64,000 nucleotides of DNA from Takakia lepidozioides. Taxonomy: Eukaryota > Plantae > Bryophyta. The stretch covers positions 9,300,001 to 9,364,000 of the forward strand of contig CM060734.1 of the NCBI GenBank assembly GCA_030704615.1, written 5' to 3'. Numbering within the stretch: position 1 is the first letter of the stretch; the number at the start of each line of letters is the position of its first letter. Made by a program: the position numbers and the translations under genes. Below, in pieces: positions 39,401-51,538 of the stretch. The notes under the pieces are model-generated. The model was given only the letters and a program-made list of their open reading frames with translations. It had not been told where the DNA came from and searched no databases.

Positions 39401-42345
39401 ACGAGTAGGGAAGGCTTTTCATCATAAGGGATCTGATGCTGACATAAGGCATCAACTACAGGTTACCAGTTAACAGGAGTAATGTGCATTGACCGGATCA
39501 TGTAGAAGGTGTACACACATACTCTAACGGGCTGTTTTACCCGGGCCTAGCTCATAATATCAGTATGCAAGAAACCCTTAGATGTTCTTCAAGTAATATC
39601 AGCGATGCCTTTCTCTCGTTGTCCAATCCGCCAACAAATTTTTGTTGGGGAGGATCATCATACCTTATGAGGTATTTGTTGCTCCACACTATTGTTATGG
39701 AGGTAATAGGGGGCTGATACCCCATGGCTTTCCTAGACCCATGCAAAAGCCATTAAAGGTGTTAGTACATCATAGTAAGAAAACTGGAAAATGGCAGGTG
39801 AGAGAGAGTGAGAGAGTGTGTACAGAAACCACTAAGTACACTGGTCAAGAATAGAGAGGGAAGATAATATGTCTGGTCGGGACATGGACAAGACCAAACA
39901 AGGTCTTTGTCAAATTAACGACAAATCAGCCTCATAACAAGGCACTATCTAACTTCACCTTCCATAGGCAGTATCTTACCTGATAAAAACTCATGTCAAC
40001 TTCCTGAAAACACATGAAAAATTAGGGTGGGAGGGTGGGATTTCCAAGACAACCATCACCCTAGATTCAGAATATGTCATTCATCATTGAAGGAGTCTTG
40101 TTTTTCTTATAAAACAATCGGGACCAACACCACCTTTGTACATACCAGATCAGCATAAACACTTGAGCCTTTAAGAATGAGTTGCAGGTGTTGCAATTCC
40201 AAGAGCCCAGCCTGATAATGTAGACCAGCCAGCATGCTATGTCTATGTTCCATGAATGCACAAAGGTCTGGATCTGGTTTTCCAATCATCTCTCCAAAAC
40301 TCAATCAGAGTGGAGTGCTACAATGAGCATAATCAGAACTTTATAGACAACACCAACTCAAAGGGTATTCCAAAAGGCTAGTTTGATAAGTTAAACCAGC
40401 CCCTGTGTATTTTGAAAAAGCCCAACAAGACCACTGCTCGGTATTCTTCCAAGTCAAGTATTGCTTGGTACTTTCCAAGTCAACATAGTAAAACTGAACC
40501 TGTTTCAAATTCAAAGGATGGTTCCAATGGCATCGCTTGGCAACCTTAAAACAGGTGTTATGTAAACCCATCACGCCAGCTGCTTGGTAATCTCTAAGTT
40601 AAAACAGTGTAACCAGGGCTGTTTTAAATTTAGAACTCTGACCTCAATGTTCAGAAACTACCGCTTGGTACTTACCGTGTTAAATCAGCATAAGAAGGCC
40701 TATCTTAAGCATCATTGGATAGCCTTATAAGGTCTGGAGCATATTTTTCATCCGGTATGGATGAAATTCAAAACATGTTCCATCAGGGATTAGAAAGAAG
40801 GTATTTCCAAACCAGGTAGGCTTAGGAATTTTTTTGTTAATCCCAAACAGATAATTGGAGAGAGGGAGAGAGAGGGAGAGAGGGGGCGCCCACCATCCAA
40901 CCCCTGGCATGGCAGTCCCTTATGGAGTGAGTGTGGTATGCACTCACCCCGTAAGGGAGTGCATACCAGACCCATTCTCATAAGGCTCTCCCTCTACAAT
41001 GTAGTTCTATCCTTGGACTTGAATACCAAAAAGATAAAAGGTCTACATTCTCTCTGCCCTCAGATCACGAGTGAACATTGCCATAGCATAAATCAAACTT
41101 GGCAAGAATATAGAGTCATGTGTTTTCCATGTTACCTCTTATCTTGTCAACGAGCTCTTGTAAAGAAGTAGAGAACAAGGAAGGATCTCCGTGCGATGTA
41201 GTTTTATCTTTGGTTAAAAAGCTATAGTCTCTGCTTCCCAAGTCAAGAGAAAATATGGACAAAACATTCATATAGCTGGGCACGCAAGAGTTCAGAAATT
41301 AGAGGTGTTCTTCAACCGATGGCAGTAAATTACTGCACATTTTTCCACCATATCAGCCAACTTTATGGTTAGAACCGTTTTTCCAAAGGTATGAATAAGA
41401 ACTTGTGTTCTTCAGCCAGTGGCAGTAGCCTACTGCCCGTGATTCACAACATGAACATGTGAATAAAAACATTGGCAACAATCTGTTGCCCATCTTTTCA
41501 CCATATCAGCGAGCTTTATGGTTTTAAAACCAGATTTCCTTAAGGTATGGAAAAAGGACATATCGCGTTACACCTGGGCATTTTTTTAGTGGTGCTATAA
41601 AGAGCAAACCCACATCCAGGGAGAAGTATTAAAGCCCACGAGTAGGGAAGGCTTTTCATCATAAGGGATCTGATGCTGACATAAGGCATCAACTACAGGT
41701 TACCAGTTAACAGGAGTAATGTGCATTGACCGGATCATGTAGAAGGTGTACACACATACTCTAACGGCTGTTTTACCCGGGCCTAGCTCATAATATCAGT
41801 ATGCAAGAAACCCTTAGATGTTCTTCAAGTAATATCAGCGATGCCTTTCTCTCGTTGTCCAATCCGCCAACAAATTTTTGTTGGGGAGGATCATCATACC
41901 TTATGAGGTATTTGTTGCTCCACATTATTGTTATGGAGGTATAGGGGGCTGATACCCCATGGCTTTCCTAGACCCATGCAAAAGCCATTAAAGGTGTTAG
42001 TACATCATAGTAAGAAAACTGGAAAATGGCAGGTGAGAGAGAGTGAGAGAGTGTGTACAGAAACCACTAAGTACACTGGTCAAGAATAGAGAGGGAAGAT
42101 ACTATGTCTGGTCGGGACATGGACAAGACCAAACAAGGTCTTTGTCAAATTAACGACAAATCAGCCTCATAACAAGGCACTATCTAACTTCACCTTCCAT
42201 AGGCAGTATCTTACCTGATAAAAACTCATGTCATCTTCCTGAAAACACATGAAAAATTAGGGTGGGAGGGTGGGATTTCCAAGACAACCATCACCCTAGA
42301 TTCATAATATGTCATCCATCATTGAAGGAGTCTTGTTTTTCTTAT
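36411..42345 (+). repeat. Tandem array of repeat family R (about 3.23-kb unit; one full unit, one with ~1-kb internal deletion, one partial)
   Basis: Unit restarts (TTTTTGTTGG..GGATCATCATACC) at about 36411, 39638, 41875. Deletion junction GGTCTGGAG|CATATTTTTC at about 40739. Confidence 0.92.
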
Positions 42346-42837
42346 TCCGCATCTCCATGCGACGTTCGGGCTATCAGTCTAGTTGTTTCTAGCATAGACG
42401 CGGGTTGCGCAAGAGGGAGAGTGATCACACTAGGGCTTCAAGCACGAGGTGTGTGCGTAAGGGTTTTGAAGGAGGCGTTTTCTTTATATTTGGCAGTTAG
42501 CATTTACAGCACAAGAGGCTGCATCTTGTTTTTGTGTCAACATGGTGTCTGGCGGGAATTAGCAGAGCTGGGCCGGGAGCAGTGAGTAGCAGGAAAGGGC
42601 GGCAAGGAATTATGAGCGTGACAAGGCTCCTAGGATATATGCAAAATGGTGGCATCGGATAGCAGCTTTTGCGACTCTGTTAACTGCGGGTTCGTGACTT
42701 AGGCGAAATGGGCTTTCATCAGAGCAGCCCATTTCCCGAGGCACTTATCAGAGGTTGTCCGATGGTATGTCTGCAGGACAATTACAAAGTAATCATCAAT
42801 GGCCGTAGAACACTCGTGTTCCGTGAATCAACATCCA

Positions 42838-43633
42838 TGTTATTGCTTAAGTCCTTGGACTGATCATAATCAGTATCCTATAACCAATCAGTAGTACTAG
42901 GAACTTAGGCAAAGCTGTATTGCTACAGCTGTGACTAAGTTCTGTCTAAGCATACAACAATGCAGTACACTATATGTGATTGCAGATAAGATCTATCCGT
43001 AGATGATACACATTCTCACCATCTCACGTTCTCTCATAATACACATTATCTCTATTTCTCAAGCACTCTACACATAAGCACTTGGAAAAACATTGCTTTA
43101 CTTTAGAGTCACCACATCATAGCATAAGTACACATTGGATCGCTCTGATCACACCCTGATACACTGATGATTCCTAAGTTGCGTGCAATCCTTTTATACT
43201 ATGCTCGAAAGAGCCGTTTACAGCCTGCGGTCGTTAATGACTGTTGCCTAACTACCTACGCAACCTAAAAGGTTTGCCAAAAAAGTGGCCCGTGGTAGTG
43301 GCTTGTGATCGCACGGTCGTGGTCATGGTTCGTGGTCGTGTGCCTTAGTAACACCCATGGTCCCTCACTACTTCTCCTACTAGTAAGGCCTATGTTACCG
43401 TGGCCGTGTGATATCGTGGTTCCCGGCCCTTGGCTGCTACACTACCCACTACTGCTCCACGTGGTAGTGTGGCCCGTCCTCTGCTACTGCCAAATGCCGA
43501 GCACTTAGCCATTTCTGCCTCATGGCCGGGTAGTGTGAAGTCAATCACTACCCGCCATTATCCCATTGTGGCTCAAGCTGCCCTGCCCTCGTGGCACTGG
43601 CACTTAGCCGTTATCATTTATCCTCCCCCCTCA
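42838..43633 (-). mobile_element. 3' LTR (about 42838-43616) and polypurine tract of an LTR retrotransposon
   Basis: Minus strand PPT TGAGGGGGGAGGA then TGATAAC...; candidate end ...AATAACA at 42838; internal TATAAAA on the minus strand at about 43191-43198. Confidence 0.6.
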
Positions 43634-43639
43634 TTTGAA

Positions 43640-44830
43640 ATTGTGTCCGCACAATTTTGTCAGTGCCTGTGGCTCTGGGGAATGTAGGGTGGTGGCATGC
43701 CCTGCTGTTAGCTTGTCTGCTGGTTGAGGAGTGCCTCCCATGTTGGTGATGGCTTTGGTGGCAGCTTCTTGTTCCTGTTATCGTCGCTGTCTGGTGCCTC
43801 CTTTGGCTCCTGTATGGGCCATCTCTCCTCATCCGGGTGTTCTGATTTCCGTCCCTGCATAGTGTATCTATCTTGGTGGACATGGCCTTGCAGTAACTGA
43901 GTAGCTCCTCCATGGTCCAAGGCACAATGTCTCAGGTTGCCCTGCTACTCATTAACCAGTTAACTGCTTGTGTCGCTGTCTCCTTGAAGGGGTGGTCTCT
44001 ATCCAGTACCAACGGTGAGAAGTGCTCTTTTGCCTAGCGCCACGCTTCAGCATAGAGTGGTCTGTCTACATATGCTAAAGTGCCCGAGACTCTCTCTGGT
44101 GGATGGAATTTGGGCAATTCCCAGTGGGTATCCTTGTCAATGCTCTTGTATCGCTGCCAACTTGCCCGCATTGTGGTGAGCATCCTGTACAGGTAACTGC
44201 CAATGTAAAAGCTTGGGGAGCCCATTACCACATCAACTGCTGGGGTGGGGTTGATCTTCAATTGCCCCACTGCCCACATGTAGGCTACCAACTCCTTGTA
44301 CTCCAGGGGAGCTTGGCGCCAAAATTCTACCAATTCTGCCCTTGACCATGTCTCATCCTTGCCAAGTGGCCGCATTCTGTATCTCAGGGGTATGAGCGTC
44401 TGATTGAGCATATGCAGCTGGCCTAATGACTTGCAGGAGGTTAAGGCCTTGAATGCCTTTTCCAACATGTCTAGGATTTGCTGGGCTGGCATGATCATCA
44501 TCTTGAAGTATTCCTCTGAATACTTGAGCCATTCCCATCTCGTTTGCATGGCATGATTTGAAAATCATCCACTGCTACTGAAGCTGATGCCACAAGAATG
44601 CTTGGTAATGGCACAGTGGTTACCTCTTGGTTGGATGGCCCTGCTGTGGCCTGTACCTATTCATGTTCAAGCTGTGGTGGTTGTACCGCTGGTGGTGTTT
44701 GTGCTGGAGTTGTTGTTGTTGATTGTATTGGTGCTTCTTATTTTTGTTCATGGTCTTGTTCCTCCTGTTGATCCTCGTCCATTAGTTCCTCTTGTTCTAG
44801 AATTGGTGGGGGGGGGGGGGGGGGGTGGGT
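43640..44830 (-). pseudogene. Degenerate unknown ORF immediately upstream of the PPT (extra 3' ORF of a gypsy-type element)
   Basis: Overlapping minus-strand ORF pieces (44549-44034, 43925-43614) with helical, protein-like composition; no recognised pol motifs. Confidence 0.45.
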
Positions 44831-45138
44831 TTCTATGAGCAGTGAGCACCCAAAAACATGAGCAGAGGCCGAATAATGGGCTAAAAGTGGATTTTTTAAG
44901 AATATTCCCTCCAAAACACTCAATATCGGGGGTGTTTATGGGCCCAAAACGCCTTATTTTGGGCTAAAAAATAGAGCACAAATTGTCAGTTCCGCATGCA
45001 AGACGGGTTCGGCGGCGTTGGCACTTCCGCAAGTTGGCAACGATTTGCAGGCAAGAAACCGTGGTTGCAGCCACGTGAACGTACCCACGGTAATAGGTGG
45101 GGTTTCTATAACCGTGGAAAATTACATGGCTTAACATG

Positions 45139-45491
45139 GGAAGTCGGCGCATAATTGGATGTGTGCTGGACAAGACACTCAGAACTGACAAGTCGGCACA
45201 GCCTTTGTGATGGCCCGTACAGTTGTATAGGGTTTGGGAAGTCTGCACAAACTTCTCCATGGTCCATACAGTTTGGGAAGTTGGCACAGACTTCTCCAAT
45301 GAGCGGAAGAAGTATATTTCAAATGGTAAGTCGGCACTGTATTCGACATGGCCTTCAGGCCTCATTTTGAGATGGGAAGTCGGCACAGACTTCCCCATAT
45401 CCTTCAGAAGATTCTTTGGAATGGTAAGTGGGCATCGCATAGAAGATGGTCTCCAGGTGTGACAGAGAATTGGAAGTCGGCACAGACTTCT
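45139..45491. repeat. Dispersed array of hyphenated palindrome GAAGTC-GGCACA-GACTTC
   Basis: About 7 full or half copies at about 45140, 45190, 45237, 45276, 45327, 45374, 45472. Confidence 0.8.
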
Positions 45492-46313
45492 ACATATCAC
45501 TTGCATGTTTAGGTGGGATCTGAAATCCGTGCAAAATTGTGGGGTGTGCGAGAAAAAGAGCACCTTGCGGCATTTCACAGAGTTCGTTCCGGACTTAGTA
45601 CAAGATCTACTGCCTGCACCCTCTCAGGCAAAAGTGAACATGCAACAAAACTCAACATTGCAGAAAAAATGGATCTTTTGCCGAGGATCGAAACGCCTTA
45701 CTGCAACAACATTGCTTACGACCACTCATGATACCGCTTTTTGGCGTCACTTGAGCAAGGGTTCACCTTGAACCTTTTTTGACTAGGAAGATAACCTTGA
45801 ACCAACCTTGCGCCCCAATCACTGGAATTGGGTCCGCCTTGGAATGCTGGCATGAGGTATGAGAACACGCCGAAGCCGCACTACGACTTCGTCTCAAGGT
45901 TACACGATTATAGTACGTGAACGGAAGCACGTAGCTTCCGCGTTAGCCCGCACTACAAGGCAACCCTCCGGTAGCGCAGTTTTAGAATGCGCACGCGCCA
46001 GGTGCGCACTAGCACGTGAATTCCCAAGGAAGGCGCAAGTTTCCTTGCCCCTTGGATGGGAGTCACCCGATTTCGGCGCTGCGCAAACACACAATTAATC
46101 CAATTTACCTCTCCCACTTTTTGTAAGCTAGCATGCATTCTACACACTAGCCAACCAGACCATGCATCACCATTCCAAACAAAATAGGAAGCACAACATT
46201 TGGAAACAATTTCATTTATAAACAAAATTTGTACAACACAAGTCTTTGCAATCGGATTCCTAAGCTAGCTAAGCCGGACTAAGCATGCATTTCCTCCCCT
46301 ACGATCCAAGGTT

Positions 46314-46443
46314 CATTTGGCATACATGTCAACAATGGTGTTCTCTAAAATGATGTCTAGGGCAATTCCACATTTGATGATGTCAGCATGAACCTTTGTA
46401 CCCTTCTCCAGGGCTCCTAGGCTGGCACACGCATTGAAAACCC
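46314..46443 (-). pseudogene. Isolated PPR fragment (about one repeat)
   Basis: Manual translation VFNACASLGALEKGTKVHADIIKCGIALDIILENTIVDMYAK. Confidence 0.8.
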
Positions 46444-46444
46444 A

Positions 46445-46893
46445 TCAACACTTCTTCCGCTTTTGAGGTCGCCCTTCGAAAGCTACAACCGCCTCGGATA
46501 CGTTTCCCATTTCTGAGGCACGCACCCAAGTTGCCTCCACTTGATGATAGCCCTTCCATTTCACGAGATACTCCGTTTCTCGATTCTTGAACCTCCTCGA
46601 CTTAAGCACTGCCTCCACCTCGTACTCAGGTTCATTTTCATGATCCAACGGCACAGGTGGCGGATGTAACACTTGATGCCGATTCGGACGCGCTTCATGT
46701 TTGAAGTAAGGCTTCAAAAGGGAAACGTGGAATATCGGATGCACCGTGCTGTTTGCCGGCAGCTCCAATTCATAAACATCCTCATTCATAACCTTCCGGA
46801 TGCAAAAATGCCCCGCATACGGAGGTACGAACTTTGGACTCACTTCCGGAGGTAGTCCAAAATTCTTGATGTTCAACCAGACCTCCATGCCTG
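46445..46893 (-). mobile_element. Chromovirus (Ty3/gypsy) integrase C-terminus with chromodomain
   Basis: KFVPPYAGHF (GPY/F region), YELELP...HPIFHVSLLKPY, EYEVEAVL..R.....EYLVKWKGY...ATW. Confidence 0.92.
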
Positions 46894-48629
46894 TGTCGTG
46901 GCCCTTTGCCTTGAGGGCGGGGGGTCGGGACACAAGAGGGGCTTCCCCTGTGGTGGGGGCAGTGGCAGCAAATAGGAAAGGGGACTGAAGCACCCTTGAG
47001 TGCCGAAGGCACTCAAGGAAGCGGTGGTGCTCACTAGGTGGAGCCCCGCAAACCGGGTTGCGGTGGTGGGGGCTCCACAAGGGGTGGTGGTAGCGTAGGG
47101 AGTCATAGTGGGGGTGACATAGGACTCACCATGAGGCTGAGGCCTTGTGGTGGGAGTCGTGGGGAGTCTTGGGACTCGCCACGGTCCATTGGGGCCGTGG
47201 TGGGTGGGCCAAGACTCACCACGGCTCACCATTGGGACGATTGAGGGTCTAAGTGGTGGTGCACCAGATTTGGACTGTGCTACTTGTGGAACCCCCCCGG
47301 ACACCTACAAAAGTATATATAGGGAGTAGTAACCCCGAGAACGGTGCAAGCCCGTTGGTGACCAAAAACTAGTGAGTAAGCGTGCGAGCCGGAAAGCAAC
47401 CAAGGTGTGGGGAACTGTTCCGAAGTGCCATCTATCAAAGGGAATTTCCACTGAGCCCGACAGGTTGAGGATCGAGTGGGAGTGTGAGGGGGATGGTTAT
47501 GCCCCGGTGAGCAGCCGAAGCTCCGAGTTGGCCCGGCGGCCGGTTTGGGAGTTAGGCGTGCGCATCAAAGTGAGTAACTATGACTTGAAGGGGAGTTTAC
47601 CGAAGTGAGGTGCGCGACATTTGGTATCAGAGCTTAAAGTTTAGTACGCGATTGTCCTTGAGATCGGCCTCACCATGGGGTCGGGCAAGACAAAGCGAAA
47701 GCGGAACGGCCCGAAAGACGATGATCCTGGTGAGCCCGGTGGGGGCGACGTGTCACCACTGCGGCAAATGGAAGAGGCGATTTATGCTTCTGAAAAGCAA
47801 GGCCGCTCAAGAACGGGAGGAATTTGGGGAGTCGGAGCCCGAGGACTTCCCAAAGGCTCCGCCAGACCAACAGATGTCTCCCATGCCAGCAGCGGGAAGG
47901 GTTGTTGGCGCAGTTTGGCGGGACGTTGAAAGACGTGATGAGGGCGGCTAATGCCACTTCCACTAATGCAAAAGTTTAAGGTGAAGCCTAAGGAACCCGA
48001 CACCTTCGAGGGCGTCCAAAATTGGAAGGCACTCAACACTTGGCTCTTGGAGCTGGAGCAGTACTTCCGGGCGCCAAGTTGAGTGACGAGGATCGGGTGG
48101 AAGTGGCTCCCACCTATTTGAGGGGCTATGCTCAACAATGGTGGCAGAAGTGTCTTCATGACCAAGGGCCAAACCCAGAAACCTTGAGCTGTAGTGGGTT
48201 CAAGGAACTTATGAAAAGACAGTTTGTGCCCCTCAATGCGTCCTGGCTCGCCCAGGACAAGATGAGGAACTTGAAGCAAACGGATGACATTCGGGGATAT
48301 GTTCAGGCTTTCAATGTGTTGTTGCTCGAAGTCGCGGATATGGCAAAACCAGAAATGGTCTTCAACTTTGTGGCGGGACTGGCCCCATGGGCCAGACGGA
48401 AGTTGGAGGAGAGGCCACCAAAGACTTTGAAGGAGGCAATTGAAAGGGCTGAATGTTTCTCGGATGTCCCTAGGAGCGAAAGACGGGGCCGTACGGAGCT
48501 GAACCACAAGAAGGTCCGGCAAAGAAGTGGGATAGGCCACGCGGGCGCAATGACACATGGAAATCGAAGGGAGGGCCTTCGCACGTCAAGGCGGCGCCCG
48601 GTGCTCCGAAAGGAAAATCAGGTGCAGCG
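46894..48629 (+). mobile_element. Gypsy 5' LTR (46894-47619), tRNA-iMet PBS (47622-47633) and truncated gag
   Basis: LTR TGTCGTG...CGCGACA, PBS TGGTATCAGAGC, retrotransposon gag motifs (PDTFEG..WLLELEQYF, YLRGYAQQWW, LKQT..IRGY..F, FVAGL). Confidence 0.88.
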
Positions 48630-48802
48630 GTGGCGGTGCGTCAGAAGGAGGACATGAAGGGATTGCTTAGGTGGATTGAGCATTTCATGGTCAAGTACTG
48701 GAACAAGCTTTTCCACTACGAGATGGTGGAGGGCCCACATAGGAGCTGGGGTGTCCTTGAGCAGCCAGGGGGGATGCAGCCTGCACGTCAATTTGTCTAC
48801 AG
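48630..48802 (+). pseudogene. Exon fragment of a third homologue of the ParB-like transposon accessory gene
   Basis: LLRWIEHFMVKYWNKLFHYEMVEGPHRSWGVLEQPGGMQPARQFVYR|gt aligns by eye with LRDYVTRYFLLYKTDLFFREIPHAHRSHEFTDQPNGDKAAMRLLYR|gt and ...HFNELFHREFSLPKGPFRGNDWEQQTGGEKVVRRILFR|gt, with the same splice position. Confidence 0.7.
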
Positions 48803-50468
48803 GTATGACAATGCAGTCCCTGTGTTGTTTTTGTAGAGGTGGTAGTTGGGAAGTCTGCACAAATTTCTCGATAGGATGCGGACAATGGCGAAAGTCTGGG
48901 CCGATTTCTGAATGTGCAATGCCTCGCTTTTTTTAGGGTACATCAACTTCTACCTTCTGCCCAACAAACACATTCAAGCTATTCCGGCGATGGTTTCCCC
49001 GTCGCCAAGGGCTGGATCACAGATTGAATTATACTTCGCAATCTTTGAGTGCCATTTCGCATACTGCCAGATTTGCATCCAGAGCTGATTCCACAATCTC
49101 TGCATTCTCCAGGGTGTTGGAGAGGTGGGAATACTCCGCCAGTGTGTCATCCGTTATCTCCCAAAATGACTCATGTGCCATGAACTCAACAAGGCTCTCC
49201 CGTGTCAATGTCATCGAATTGGTGTCTCGTTTGTTGAGGTGTAGTGTGAATATGTGGTTATTTTGCAGCTGTTCGATGGGCTAAGTACTTAAGATTTTAC
49301 AACATTTAAGTAGTTGGATGAATAGCAGTGATGGATGAATTATGACTCATTGGATGAAGACATCCATCCGCCAAACATCCATGTGCCTAGATCGGCGGGA
49401 TTGATGAGTGACGGCGTTTTTCATGCAAGCACACAAGCACGGGTATGGCGAGCTCCTGACACTTTGTATTCTGGAGCAGACATCAGCCTACATGCCTCAG
49501 TTTTTTGTTGCAATTTATTTTCATGTTCCTTAGTCAGTATCTGCGATGGCGGCTGAGTTAGTTTTCTGGACAGAGCTAGTTGATATGGTCGACTATAGGA
49601 GCTGCAGGTGTAGTAATTGCACAGGCAAGTGGGGTTTGGGTTCTAAGGCAGTTTTTGGTGAGAAGGTGGCTCTTCTTACTTTTCGGCAGATGGTAGTGAG
49701 GTAGGAAGGATGAGATAGAGAAGAGGAGGTGCTGATGGTGACGTGAACGAGAGACTTGGGCTTTAAGCTCCACACTCGTTATTTTGTGCAGAGGAAGGAT
49801 TATGCTGATGAAGAAGTAAAAATTGACTGTTTGGGTCACTGCTTGGTTTTTGAGTTTGAAATCGCACTTGCATGATGCATTAGTTCCTGCATTGGTGCAT
49901 GAGGGAAGTCTGATTGCAGCTATGGTCAGTTTGAGCATGTAAAAGGTGTGGGTGCAATAGCTGGGAAATCTGGGCATGTAGGTAGTGCATCACTCAAACC
50001 ACCTAGTGGGGAGACTCCACATTGCATAGATGGAATATTATGGTGCATCTGTATAGTGGCAGCATTGTTGATTGTTTCCAAAAGGTCAGTCGAACCTGCA
50101 GCTCGTGCGTAACTGACGAGTGTATTTGGATCTGACCCTTGGACTCGAGAGGTAAAAGATGAGAGGGAGTGCGAGAAAATGAGCGGATGCCGGGTAGGCT
50201 CGGGTAGTTCGATCAGGCTGTCTGACGGGGGTGCCATGAATACAAGAGGGTGACTGCTCTTCACGGGCAAGGCCCACCCTTCAAGGGGGAATCTATGAAG
50301 GATATGCTGGGTGTTTGTAGCATGCGAGATCACATGCAAGGCAATTGTTTATTTGTGACGGATGTGTGTCCTACCTATGTCTTCTCTTCCACTGCGGCAT
50401 GGGTGGGACGGAATGGTACTCTAGTGACTTGAAGTGAATGTTGTGGGGAAACGTTTTGCCCCTTTCTT

Positions 50469-51300
50469 TGGTATCAGAGCTGATGTTGTCCTCTGGCTCT
50501 GTTGAGTTCCTTTGTGACAGATTGCTTTGTGCATGTGTGAATACATAGCCCGGATCGTGTTGATTTGACCTACTTGTAGTAACGAAGCAACTTGCAGGAT
50601 GTTGGGTCTTTAGCTGTGAACAAGAAACTCTACAGGTTGGGTCTTCAAGTAATCCAGGTTCAGAAGGGAACAACGGCTGAGAAGGGAGAGTCCAAATAGT
50701 GCGCATCCGAGAATCTTCCACGGGCCAGGCTTTCCACAACAAGCCCTTAGACAGCGGCAAGTGCAACTCCACAAAGAAGGAGGCATTAAAATTGTTGAAT
50801 GAAAAGCTGGACGTGAAGAAGTAATCAGCTAAGTAGGCAACAGACATCCTGAGAAGACCGGTACATGCTGAAGTGGTGCATGAGGGAGAGACGCTAACTG
50901 GAGGAGAGATTTGTTCAAGCAAAAACTGACATTCACGAGGAGCCTTTACAAAACACATGAGGCACTGGGAATCACAGGTGAAGGGAGTAATGTGAGCAAA
51001 AATATGCTCAAAACAAGCACCATGCAAGGTACCATCAGCCCTGCTGGGGTGGGTGTCCCTTTTTCTGGCACTCAATCCGAAGATGTGGTGGAATGGTTTG
51101 AAAGAGTGCAAAGGGCCATGGATGAGGCGATAAGTAAAGATAAGCTTCCCAAGGTGGCGAGACTAAATTTGTTTGGGAGGGCTGATACCTGGTACAGAAT
51201 GCAACAGCCACAACCATCAAACTGGCATGAATTACAAGCTGGGCTTTTGAAGAAGTTCGGTGGCACGAACGAGGAGAAGCTTGCTACTGCTACATCAAAC
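50469..51300 (+). mobile_element. LTR retrotransposon relic: iMet PBS and gag fragment
   Basis: TGGTATCAGAGC at 50469-50480; FSGTQSEDVVEWF...LFGRADTWY...WHELQAGLLKKF. Confidence 0.7.
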
Positions 51301-51538
51301 CCTCACGAGGAGATGACATGGAGGCAGCCGCTGAAAGGTTCAAAAGAAGGAGATCAAAATATTCTTGGTGGAAGGATGAAGTTATCAGATCCCAACAGGG
51401 ACAAAGGCGAGCTAGATGGCTCACCAAATCAGGTATGGAAGCCGGGAATCATGGCATCTAAGGAAGTCTACATTGATGGGCAGCCAGCAGCAGACACAAG
51501 AATTTGCACCATATATGTGGTGTGGCTCCCGTTTTAAG

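Noticed and set aside
36411-42345. Penelope-like element or retrozyme explanation for tandem/inverted R
   Set aside because: No hammerhead core (CTGANGA...GAAA with stems), RT or GIY-YIG was seen.
14115-42585. Recurrent identical short ORFs (e.g. MHANTAVGH..., MRMGLVCTP..., MSFGEMIGK...)
   Set aside because: They recur only because repeat R is duplicated; indels between copies break the frames freely.
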